DNA from: an uncultured Poribacteria bacterium
GTDB lineage: Bacteria; Poribacteria; WGA-4E; WGA-3G
Length of the DNA: 64,000 bases
Direction of reading: 5' to 3'
NCBI GenBank assembly: GCA_958296135.2
Contig: CATQHZ020000001.1
Span: forward strand, 3,872,001-3,936,000
A program made the position numbers and the translations under genes. Within the stretch, counting starts at the first letter, position 1. Every line of letters begins with the position of its first letter. This document shows, in pieces, positions 38,817 to 48,300 of the stretch. A model generated the notes under the pieces. That model did not search any database and had not been told where the DNA came from. It worked only from the letters and a program-made list of their open reading frames with translations.

Positions 38817-39599
38817 ATGATGCTAACTTCCGCGAGGCACATCACTACTGTACTGCCGTGGGCAATCCTTTTCGGAATCCTCGGGGCATGGGAAGCCGGG
38901 GTGCATATTTTCAACACACCGCACTATATCTTGCCCACGCCTTCCGACATCGTCGTGACGCTCTTTGAGAAGCGAGCCCTGTTGCTGAAACACACGCTCG
39001 TCACGCTGGAAGAAATGTTGCTCGGCTTTGCGCTCGCCGCGGGCATCGGCATTCCGCTCGCCGTGCTGATGTTTGAATTTCCGGTGCTAGAGAAGGCATT
39101 CTATCCCTATGTCATCGGTTCGCAGACGGTGCCGGTGTTCGCCATCGCGCCGTTGTTGGTGCTGTGGTTCGGCTACGGCATCGCGCCGAAAGTCATCATG
39201 GCCGCGCTCATCGTGTTCTTCGCGATGGTGCTGAATACATTAGACGGGTTAAAGTCTGCCGATCCGGATACGGTAAACCTCTTCCGGATCTTGCGGGCGA
39301 ATCGGTGGCAGATTCTGTGGAAAGTCCATGTGCCATCCGCACTCCCGTCTATTTTCACTGGTGCAAAAATCGGCATATCCATCTCGACGATTGGTGCGGT
39401 GATAGGCGAATGGGTAGGCGCAAGCGCAGGCTTGGGGTATCTCATGTTGTACGCCAACGGCCAACTCCAAGTTGCACTGGTTTTCGCGGCGATTTTTTGC
39501 CTAACACTTTTAGGCCTGGGACTTTTCGGGCTGATGACGCTGTTGGAGGCATACGCTATGCCGTGGCGACGCGCATCAGCACGTCAATCCCGAACATGA
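38817..39599 (+). CDS. ABC transporter permease, ThiX/SsuC-like (thiamine precursor uptake)
   Basis: 'ILPTPSDI', 'QTVPVFAIAPLLVLWFGYG' and 'GAVIGEW...GLGYLM'. Lies downstream of the TPP riboswitch. Confidence 0.88.
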   Translation: MMLTSARHITTVLPWAILFGILGAWEAGVHIFNTPHYILPTPSDIVVTLFEKRALLLKHTLVTLEEMLLGFALAAGIGIPLAVLMFEFPVLEKAFYPYVIGSQTVPVFAIAPLLVLWFGYGIAPKVIMAALIVFFAMVLNTLDGLKSADPDTVNLFRILRANRWQILWKVHVPSALPSIFTGAKIGISISTIGAVIGEWVGASAGLGYLMLYANGQLQVALVFAAIFCLTLLGLGLFGLMTLLEAYAMPWRRASARQSRT

Positions 39600-39704
39600 A
39601 GGGGAGACCCCTCGTTCAGCTTTCACGGACTGTGGCAGGGCAGAACTATCAGCCCAAACACAGCCAAACAACCACTAATAACGAAAAAAAATAGGAGAAT
39701 TCTC

Positions 39705-40685
39705 ATGAAAACGATAATTTGTTTGATTTTTGCTATCAGCTGTGGTATCCTATGGATAGGACAAATTGATGGCCACGCCGACGCACATAAGGCAAACGAA
39801 CTGCAAAAAGTAACGCTCCTGCTGGAGTGGTTTCCAAACGCAGACCACGTCCCGCTCTACGTCGCCCAGGAGAACAAGATTTTCGCCAAGCATGGGCTTG
39901 AGGTAGAACTCCACTGGGGCGGCGACCCGAGCGCGCCGATTAAACTCGTCGCGGCCGGGAAATATCCGTTTGCTATTGATTACCAACACGGAGTGACAAT
40001 CGCGCGAGCGGCAGACTTGCCGGTTAAAGCAATCGGGTTGCTCGTGGAAAAGCCGCTCAACACGATTAGCTTCCTTAAGAAATCCGGCATTAAAACGCCG
40101 GCGGATTTCAAAGGAAAGAAAATCGGCTACACCGTCGCACCACTGGATGTCCTCCTCTTTAACGCCATCGCCGCGGAGGCCGGGTTGGCGGAAAGTGATT
40201 ACGAACTAGTAAACGTCAGCACGAATATCTCCGCATCCCTGATGACAGGCAAGATCGACGCAGTCATCGGCCCGTTTCGGAACTTCGAGATTAACGAGTT
40301 GAAACTTGAAGGCGCGGAAGCCAGTTATTTCCCGCTGGAAGAGCACGGCATCCCAGACTATTATGAGCTCGTTATCATCTCCAACGATGCGTCTTTGCAG
40401 GAGAATCCGATGACTGCCAAAAAACTGATGATGGCGATTCGGGAGGCGATTCAATTCACGAAGGAGAATCCGGACGAAGCACTGAAACACTTTTTCAAGG
40501 CGAATCCGGACATTCGGAAAGATTTGAATGAGCTCGCTTTTCGGGATACGTTGGAGGTATTCGCCACAACGCAGGTTCAATCCGCGGAGAAGTGGGCAGC
40601 CTTCGTGAAGTTTGCCCATGAAAAAGGGTTAATCTCCAAAACAGTCACGGCGGAAGAACTGTTTATCAACGTGTTGGAAGAGTAA
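39705..40685 (+). CDS. NMT1/THI5-like (ThiY) substrate-binding protein
   Basis: 'LEWFPNADHVPLYVAQE', 'TPADFKGKKIGY' and 'HGIPDYYELV'. Confidence 0.88.
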   Translation: MKTIICLIFAISCGILWIGQIDGHADAHKANELQKVTLLLEWFPNADHVPLYVAQENKIFAKHGLEVELHWGGDPSAPIKLVAAGKYPFAIDYQHGVTIARAADLPVKAIGLLVEKPLNTISFLKKSGIKTPADFKGKKIGYTVAPLDVLLFNAIAAEAGLAESDYELVNVSTNISASLMTGKIDAVIGPFRNFEINELKLEGAEASYFPLEEHGIPDYYELVIISNDASLQENPMTAKKLMMAIREAIQFTKENPDEALKHFFKANPDIRKDLNELAFRDTLEVFATTQVQSAEKWAAFVKFAHEKGLISKTVTAEELFINVLEE

Positions 40686-40841
40686 ACTGACTGAAGAAAC
40701 GCCGCTTCACCGTAGGGCGAGGGCCCAGCGAACGCGAATCGCCGAGGGTTCCCCCTCACCATGGTGACAGACAGTTGTAGGAGAGACCTCGGGTCTCGAC
40801 ACCTCGGACGCACTAGCCCGCGCCAGGCACCGGACAAATTC

Positions 40842-42119
40842 ATGGTAGAAAACAGAAACGTTATCATCATCGGCGGCGGCGTAATCGGGCTCGGTATCGG
40901 GTGGCAATTAGCGAAGGCAGGTGCCTCCGTCACGCTATATGAACGCGACCGGGCAGGGCGCGCCGCCTCTTGGGCTGCCGCTGGGATGCTCGCACCACTC
41001 GCCGAGGCACATACCGAAGAACCTGAACTCCTGAAGCTGGGATGCCACAGTTTGGCACGCTACCCGCAGTGGGTGAAGGAATTAGAGGCAGACGCGCAGA
41101 TGTCCATCGGTTATCGCACCGAAGGCACGCTCATCGTCGGGTTGGAGCCTGATGATACGCATCAACTTCAACATCTCTACACGTCGCAAAAACAGTTAGG
41201 GCTAGATGCTGAATGGCTAACCGGACGAGAAGCGCGTGCAATTGAACCCGCACTCTCACCGCGTGTCACGGCAGCAATCCGATGTGCAGCAGACCATCAG
41301 GTAGACAACCGCTGCATGGTTACCGCGTTGCCGCGTGCTTACCAAGCGCGCGGCGGCGTATTATGCGAAAATACCAGCGTAGAACGAATTGAGGTGAATA
41401 ACGGTGTCGCAACGGGAGTGTCAGTAGGAGAGACCCCCCGTTCTCGATGCAATACCGGCGGAGAACCCTCCCCATCTCAATTGCATCCCCCGGTAGGAGA
41501 GTCTCAACTCCCCCCGGTAGGAGAGACCTCCCGTTCTCGATGCAATACTCAGTCTCGATGCAATACCCAGTCTCAACTACATGAGGCTGACGTGATTATC
41601 CTCGCGGCGGGGCCCTGGTCATCGCAGATTCCGGGAATCCCGGATGCCATCCGTCCGCCGGTGCGTCCCGTCAAAGGGCAGATGTTAGCACTCCAGATGG
41701 AGGCAGGCATCGCCGTAGAGACGGTTATCCGCACGGTGCGGGCACGATATCCGACATCGGTGTATCTCGTGCCGAGAACCGATGGCAGACTCATCATCGG
41801 TGCCACAAGTGAGGAAATGGGGTTTGATACGCGCTTAACGGCGGGCGGTATGTTTGAACTCCTCCGCGGCGCGTGGGAGGCTGTCCCCGGCGTTTATGAA
41901 CTGCCGATTTTAGAGACATGGACGGGCTTGCGCCCGGGGAGTCGAGACAACGCGCCCATCCTTGGGCATACGCCCATTGAAAACCTGATTGTGGCGACAG
42001 GACATTATCGGAACGGCATCCTGCTCACGCCTGTCACCGCCTATGAAATATCAAAGTTAATTTTAACAGGCGAACCGTCGCCGATAATCGCGCCGTTCCA
42101 ACTTAAACGCTTTCTTTGA
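40842..42119 (+). CDS. thiO: Glycine oxidase ThiO, with an in-frame repeat-derived insert
   Basis: GxGxxG, 'ASWAAAGMLAP', 'PVKGQML', 'WTGLRPGS.DNAP' and 'TGHYRNGILL'. Confidence 0.93.
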   Translation: MVENRNVIIIGGGVIGLGIGWQLAKAGASVTLYERDRAGRAASWAAAGMLAPLAEAHTEEPELLKLGCHSLARYPQWVKELEADAQMSIGYRTEGTLIVGLEPDDTHQLQHLYTSQKQLGLDAEWLTGREARAIEPALSPRVTAAIRCAADHQVDNRCMVTALPRAYQARGGVLCENTSVERIEVNNGVATGVSVGETPRSRCNTGGEPSPSQLHPPVGESQLPPVGETSRSRCNTQSRCNTQSQLHEADVIILAAGPWSSQIPGIPDAIRPPVRPVKGQMLALQMEAGIAVETVIRTVRARYPTSVYLVPRTDGRLIIGATSEEMGFDTRLTAGGMFELLRGAWEAVPGVYELPILETWTGLRPGSRDNAPILGHTPIENLIVATGHYRNGILLTPVTAYEISKLILTGEPSPIIAPFQLKRFL

Positions 42120-42149
42120 ACGTCGGCAGAAATACCAATTTGCAAAACA

Positions 42150-42356
42150 ATGAGAATACGCATTAACGGTGAAAACAAGAACGTCAACGCCGAGTTAACC
42201 CTCTACGAACTACTGAGTGAAATGGAAATCGAGCCAACCCAAAACGGCATCGCTGTCGCTGTAGACAGAGAAGTTGTGCCCAAAACGGCGTGGCAGAAAA
42301 AGGTGCTCGGTGAAAATAGCGAAGTTGAGATTATCCGCGCTGTTCAGGGTGGATAG
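42150..42356 (+). CDS. thiS: Sulfur carrier protein ThiS
   Basis: 68 aa, 'IAVAVDREVVPK', C-terminal GG. Confidence 0.93.
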   Translation: MRIRINGENKNVNAELTLYELLSEMEIEPTQNGIAVAVDREVVPKTAWQKKVLGENSEVEIIRAVQGG

Positions 42357-42361
42357 CGGCC

Positions 42362-42650
42362 CGTTCAACCGTAGCGCGAGGGAAAACCTGTCCCTCGCGA
42401 GGCTCAGAACCGCCCCCTGCAACCGTAGCGCGAGGGCCGTCACGGTCACGCCTACAGAAAATGTGCGTGTGTCGCCCCGCGTAAACACGCTACCTTTAAC
42501 TTTGTCATCTCTGCAGCCTCGCTGCAGAGATGTCCACTGTCCATCGCGAGGAACAGAACCGCCCCTGCAACCGTAGCGCGAGGGCCGTTACGCCGAAACT
42601 TTGTCATCTCTGCCGCCTCGCTGCAGAGATGTCCACTGTCCCTCGCCATC
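42362..42650. repeat. REP-like cluster with nested hairpin inserts
   Basis: Three ACCGTAGCGCGAGGG...CCCTCGCG-type units, two of which carry the CATCTCTGCAG/CTGCAGAGATG module. Confidence 0.85.
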
Positions 42651-42696
42651 TATGATGGATAATACAAATGAATCTGATGCTAGGAATAGCAAAAAT

Positions 42697-43122
42697 ATGA
42701 ACAGCCAAGAGCCCCGCTGGATACAACGAGCCACTAGTTTTGGCAAGGCTTTATCGCGATTGCGAGCCGCTGTTGAATTGGCGGCGCAACGCGAACTCTC
42801 CGATTTGGAACAGCAAGGGTTGATCCAAGGGTTTGAATATACTCACGAATTGGCATGGAAGACCTTGAAGAATTTCCTTGAAGCCCAAGGCGTGCAAAAT
42901 TTATACGGGGCGAGGGATACAACCCGTGAGGCTTTTAACCGAAGCCTCATTGAAAACGGCGAAGTCTGGATGGATATGATTGACAAACGCAACCTGACTT
43001 CGCATACGTATGATGAGGCAACTGCAGATCAGGTTGGGGACTCTATTCTCAACACTTACTTTGTGGAGTTTGAGACGTTGCTAAAGAGACTCGCTCAACT
43101 GAGGCAGGGAGAATCTTTATGA
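42697..43122 (+). CDS. HEPN-domain protein (HI0074 / nucleotidyltransferase substrate-binding family)
   Basis: 'GLIQGFEYTHELAWKTLK' and Rx4H motif 'RNLTSH'. Confidence 0.88.
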   Translation: MNSQEPRWIQRATSFGKALSRLRAAVELAAQRELSDLEQQGLIQGFEYTHELAWKTLKNFLEAQGVQNLYGARDTTREAFNRSLIENGEVWMDMIDKRNLTSHTYDEATADQVGDSILNTYFVEFETLLKRLAQLRQGESL

Positions 43123-43502
43123 AATACGGATTGTCAACGCGGACGCGCCAAGAGCTCGCCAAGGTCTTCAGTCGCTACCCCGAAGTGGAAGAAGCGGTAT
43201 TATACGGTTCGCGGGCCAAAGGCACATATAGAAACGGGTCTGACATCGATCTGACACTCAACGGCAGTGCAGAACTCACACATACTATTGTCTCTCGCAT
43301 CGCGAATGACTTCTATGAGGGACCCCTGCCCTATAAGATCGATCTCTCCATTTTCAACAAACTTCGTAACCCGGAGATGGTTGCGGAAATTCAGCGCGAT
43401 GGCGTAGTACTTTACAAAAAAGGTGATTTGGGCGAGCCGGTAGGCGCCGTTGAAAACCGCGCCTATGGGGATGTACGAAAACAAAACCCATGCAAAAACT
43501 AA
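43119..43502 (+). CDS. Minimal nucleotidyltransferase (MNT)
   Basis: '[15 protein letters not shown]' and 'LPYKIDL'. ATGA overlap with the HEPN gene. Confidence 0.88.
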   Translation: MKYGLSTRTRQELAKVFSRYPEVEEAVLYGSRAKGTYRNGSDIDLTLNGSAELTHTIVSRIANDFYEGPLPYKIDLSIFNKLRNPEMVAEIQRDGVVLYKKGDLGEPVGAVENRAYGDVRKQNPCKN

Positions 43503-44269
43503 AAATCGCGGATAAAACCTATCACTCCAGACTGCTCATCGGGACAGCCGGATACCCGAATTTTCACGTGATGACAGAAGCAGTAGCGGCAAGCGGTGCC
43601 GAAATCGCTACCGTCTCAATGCGGCGCGTGAAATTCACCGACGTGTCCGGCGAGAATGTGTTTGCGTTGCTCCGCGAGCGCAGCATCACCATTCTGCCGA
43701 ATACAGCAGGCTGTTTCACGGCGAAGGATGCCATCCTCACGGCGCACCTCGCGCGCGAGGCACTAGAGACACCGCTCATCAAACTGGAAGTCATCGGCGA
43801 TGAACAGACGCTGTTTCCCGATGTCGAGCAGCTGCTCAGTGCAGCGGTGACGCTAGTCAAAGACGGGTTCACGGTGCTGCCCTATTGCAACGATGATCCG
43901 ATTACGTGTAAGAAGTTAGAGGATATCGGGTGTGCCGCCGTAATGCCGCTCGGCGCGCCGATCGGCTCAGGCATGGGCATTCGGAACCCCTATAACCTAC
44001 AGATCATCCGCGGTAGCGTGCAGGTGCCCCTCATCGTCGATGCCGGCGTCGGCACCGCATCAGATGCAGCGGTGGCGATGGAATTAGGATGCGACGGTGT
44101 GCTGCTCAACACCGCGATTGCGAAGGCGCACCGCCCGGTGCTCATGGCAGAAGCAATGAAAAAAGCGATCGAGGCGGGCAGGGCGGCATTTTTAGCGGGC
44201 CGCATCCCGCGCAAACTCTATGCGAACGCCTCTAGCCCGCAAGAGGGGCTCATAGCACCGCTCCTGTAG
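43490..44269 (+). CDS. thiG: Thiazole synthase
   Basis: 'LPNTAGC', 'IKLEVIGD', '[12 protein letters not shown]' and '[11 protein letters not shown]'. Confidence 0.96.
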   Translation: MQKLKIADKTYHSRLLIGTAGYPNFHVMTEAVAASGAEIATVSMRRVKFTDVSGENVFALLRERSITILPNTAGCFTAKDAILTAHLAREALETPLIKLEVIGDEQTLFPDVEQLLSAAVTLVKDGFTVLPYCNDDPITCKKLEDIGCAAVMPLGAPIGSGMGIRNPYNLQIIRGSVQVPLIVDAGVGTASDAAVAMELGCDGVLLNTAIAKAHRPVLMAEAMKKAIEAGRAAFLAGRIPRKLYANASSPQEGLIAPLL

Positions 44270-44445
44270 GAGAGACCTAAAGATCGCGGGGACAGGCCCC
44301 CGCGCTACGGTGCTCATAGCACCGCTCCTGTAGGAGAGACATCCCGCGTCTCGACTCCACTTCTGGTAGGAGAGACATCTGGTCTCGATGCAATACCGGC
44401 GGAGAGACATCCCGCGTCTCGATGCAATACCGGCGGAGAGACTCA
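44266..44445. repeat. REP-like cluster (families A and B)
   Basis: Repeated GTAGGAGAGAC...TCTCGA and GATGCAATACCGGCGGAGAGAC units. Confidence 0.8.
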
Positions 44446-44465
44446 ATCTAAAAAAGGAGAACCTC

Positions 44466-45320
44466 ATGAAAAAATCAACGTTACTTTCCCATCTATTCCT
44501 CGCGATGCTCTTTTCGGCAGCGGTGAATATCCCAATCCACGCCGCGAACGTCACCGTCGGCGTATTGGCAGGAAATAATAAACTCGGGGAAGTTGAGGAA
44601 GCCGCTTACGACTGGGTATCCGATAACTTCCAAACGACGCAGTTGCTCGTTGACAAGAGCGGCAAGTTCAAGAATAACAGCGGCACCGCAGTGCCACCTG
44701 AACAATTCGCCGTGCTTTGGCTTTTTTACACGGAAACGGACACGTTGCCAGACCCATTCCTTGCCAATGCGACGAAGGACGTGGTGCGAGACTATGTGGA
44801 GGCAGGGGGCACACTGTTTCTTTCAGCCTTGGCACTCCGCTACGTTGTCGAAATCGGGGTTGAAAAAGGCGGAGACCCGAGAGTCTTTATGCCCCTCGGC
44901 AAGGACCCGCCGGCAATCGGCGTTGTCCCCACCGCCGATGGAAAAAACCATCCTGTTTTTGAAGGGTTTGACACCGCCAAACCCGTTTTCCTCACCAGCA
45001 TGGCACAAGAAGGGTTTACGTCAGATTTCTTCAACTTTGGTGCAGACCCGGGCGGCGTTATCCTCGGCACCAAGACGCGCGGCGGTGGTGCAGGCGGCGG
45101 CGAGCGGCCCTTCGTTGAATATGAAGTCGGCGACGGAAAAATCATCACCCTCGGACATCACAACGGCGTTTTCACCGATGCGAAGTCCAAGGAGGGAGAT
45201 AATCTGAGAAAGCTGACGACGAATATCCTCAACTACCTCGGTGAGAATTCGGCGTTCCTCGCTGTTGAACCTGAGGGAAAGTTGGCAACAACGTGGGGTA
45301 ATCTGAAGACGGTGCAGTAA
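44466..45320 (+). CDS. Secreted protein (class I glutamine amidotransferase-like/DUF4960-like) with 'GKLATTWG' tail
   Basis: AAGGAG RBS, signal peptide, 'YVEAGGTLFLS', C-terminal AVEPEGKLATTWGNLK. Confidence 0.7.
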   Translation: MKKSTLLSHLFLAMLFSAAVNIPIHAANVTVGVLAGNNKLGEVEEAAYDWVSDNFQTTQLLVDKSGKFKNNSGTAVPPEQFAVLWLFYTETDTLPDPFLANATKDVVRDYVEAGGTLFLSALALRYVVEIGVEKGGDPRVFMPLGKDPPAIGVVPTADGKNHPVFEGFDTAKPVFLTSMAQEGFTSDFFNFGADPGGVILGTKTRGGGAGGGERPFVEYEVGDGKIITLGHHNGVFTDAKSKEGDNLRKLTTNILNYLGENSAFLAVEPEGKLATTWGNLKTVQ

Positions 45321-45361
45321 ATTGTCTGGGCGGATGTCGTTACTATCCGCCCACAACGATA

Positions 45362-48300
45362 TTACTTCACCACCAGCATCTTCCGCGTCGCCCTGAAATC
45401 GCCCGCGGTGAACGTGTAGAAATACACCCCACTCGCAACGTGTTCACCTAGCGCGTTTCGGCCATCCCAATACGCCGCACGGCTGCGGATACGATAAACA
45501 CCAGCCGGCTGATACCCGAAGTCTAGCGTCCGAACCAGCTTCCCATCCGCAGAATAGATGGACACCGTCACATCCGCCGGCTTTGCCAACTGATACGGGA
45601 TCCATGTCTCCGGATTGAACGGATTCGGATAGTTCGCGAGCAGCAGCGTCTTATCCGGGACCAGCAATGCCAGAAGTTGTTCCAACTTCGCTATCCCACG
45701 CCGGAACGCAGGCGAACCGGTGTTTTCTGTATGCAAGAGATTCAGTGCCCACTCCACCGTTTCAAGCGTCAGCCCTGCAGGTAGCGCAGCGTTTGATGGC
45801 GCGGCCGCCTCACCCTCACCGAGGTGTGCAGCGACGAGCGCGAAGTCTTCGCCATTCACAACTCCATCCCCATTCACATCCGTGCGAGGGTTCTGGATAG
45901 GCTGCCCCATCGCCTGTGACACAAGTGCCAGATCTGCAAGGTTCGTCACGCCATCCTCGTTCACATCCCAAGCCGGGTGCGCCGCAGCTGCGGATGCTGC
46001 TACTGCACCACCCACATTGATGCTAATTGCGGGAGACGTTGCCGGAATGATCGCACCGGTAGTATCACCGAATTGGAAGTTCCGGACTCGCACGCGCGTT
46101 TCACCCAATGCCTTCACCCGGAACGTCACCGACACCAACCCGCCGGCACCAGTGACACCGCCTGCCGTAAGCCGCGAGCCACTTAACCCAGTAATGGTGC
46201 CGGCCTGGTTGTCAATCGTGCCTTTCCGGAAGAAGGTAGTACCACCGCCGGTTTCCAGAAAACTGCCTTCGCTAACCCGCGTAGCACTGAGCGCGGCAGG
46301 ATCGAACTTCAAATCGAACTGCCACCCCGCCAAACCGGTAACCTCTTCCGCACTGAGATGCAGCGTGAAGGATTGGCCTACCGAAATGCGCGGGGCATAA
46401 GGGGTATAGGCGAGTCTGGCACCGGGCAGCAGCACAGAATAGTCCGTGCCAGCTTCAAATCCAAAAAAGCCGCTCCAGCCGGCGACGTATTCTTCGACAG
46501 CAACTAACAAGATGTTTTTGCCCTGTTTCAGGGAAAGTGAAAATTCAGCTTCGTAATCTTCAGCTCCGCCACTTCCTCCCACACTATAAACCAATTCACC
46601 GTTGAGCCAAACTCTGGAACTATCATCGGTCCCGATGAACATTCGTGTACGCTGCTCTCGCGGCGACACGATAGAAATTAACCCGTATGCAACATGGTCA
46701 TCTACATCGCCTTTGCCCAAGCCAATGGCGTTGACAAGGTTGTTGATGTTATTGCCGCCGTTTGGGGAGAGGGTGCCGGGTGTCCATACCCTATCGCCAA
46801 CAGCATCTCCAGCAGTTGCACCGTCTGTGGCAATCCCTTGTTCTGTCACAGAGCCGCCACTCGCTTGTGCCAACAAATCTGCTTTATCATGTGTTGTGGG
46901 TAAAATCACCCAGAGCCACGGTCCCGTGATTTTCGGCCCGCCGAGTGCGGAACCTGAGACTGGGTTTCCGGATAGACGGATAACTGTCTTTTCGCGTAAC
47001 CCTACCAACGGAGAGACATCGGATATCCGGTTGCCTTCAAGGTTTAACCTTTCCAAGTTGACTAAAGTTGCCAGGGGCGATACGTCCGATATTTTATTCT
47101 CCTGAAGATGCAGTTCTCGCAATCTGGTTAATTTCGCCAGTGGTGAGACATCCGATACGCCGCTTGAATCAATTGTCAACTCTCTCAAACTAGTTAATCC
47201 CGCCAGTGGCGAGAGATCTGATATGGTTCCGCCGCTAATTCCCATCCATCCCAGTTTCCTTAATTTCGCCAGTGGCGAGAGGTCTGTGATGCGGGTATCC
47301 CACGCTGCCAGCCCATCCAGGCTGAGCATGCCTGAAACCCCGGAAATGTCCGAAATCGGATTGCCATTAATCCCTAACCCACCCAACTTGACTAAGCCAG
47401 AGAGTGAGGATAAGTCGGTTATCCGATTCTCCTCCAACCCTAACCACCCCACGTTGATTAACTTTGCGAGTGGAGACACGTCGACAATCAAATTATCTCG
47501 CAGTTTGATGTTCTCGATACGGGTGAGGTTTCGGAGCGGTGTCAGGTCGGTTATCGCATTATGGCGCAGTTCTATCCGTTCGAGATTGGTGGCAACCTCC
47601 AGCCCGGTCAAATCGCGAATGCCCTTGCGATCGGCGTGTAGATTCGTTAACCGCAGCATGTCCGCCCGCGTGAGTTGCGCATTTTCCGCTTTACCCAACG
47701 CCTTATGAATTGCCGTGCGCAACTGCAGATCAGAGATGTGAACGCCGGAAACAGGCGGTGTTTCATCGTCATCGGGAGTGACGACGGTGTCTTCGGAAAA
47801 CAGGGCGGCAACCAGTGTGCTGAATTGCGATGTCCAGGTATCGCGTTGCACGCGCCCGTTGTCCAGCAGCAGTCCCTGCAATCCGGACGTTTGTAACTTT
47901 CCGTTCCGAATTTCTTGGCGAAAGGCAGACGTTGCGAAGCCGACAGCGGCTGCGGCGTGCGCCGCATCGAAGGGTTCTTCAAACCGCTGTTGCAAGCGTT
48001 CCACCGGCTCAACGCCACCAAAGATACCTCCGGCGGCTTCCAATGCCTCTCGGAAGCGTTGCGTATCCTCTGCCACCAGTGCATCCATCGTCGCCTGTTC
48101 GACATAGAGCCGCAGTGCCTGTTCTTTGTCGTAGGCCGGATTCGCTTGCTGCGCGACTACTGCACGCACACCGTCTGTAAACTTTTTCATCCCCTCCGTG
48201 TGGCACCCGATACAGGAGAGCCCATTGTGAACCACCGGATCGCGGGCAGCGGGATTTGAGACGATCTCCACCGGCGCATCGTCCAGCCGCGTCCCTGCCG

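Noticed and set aside
40761-40841. Extended ThiO start (also the 42601 and 44388 starts)
   Set aside because: The extensions translate REP DNA. Downstream ATGs match the family N-termini.
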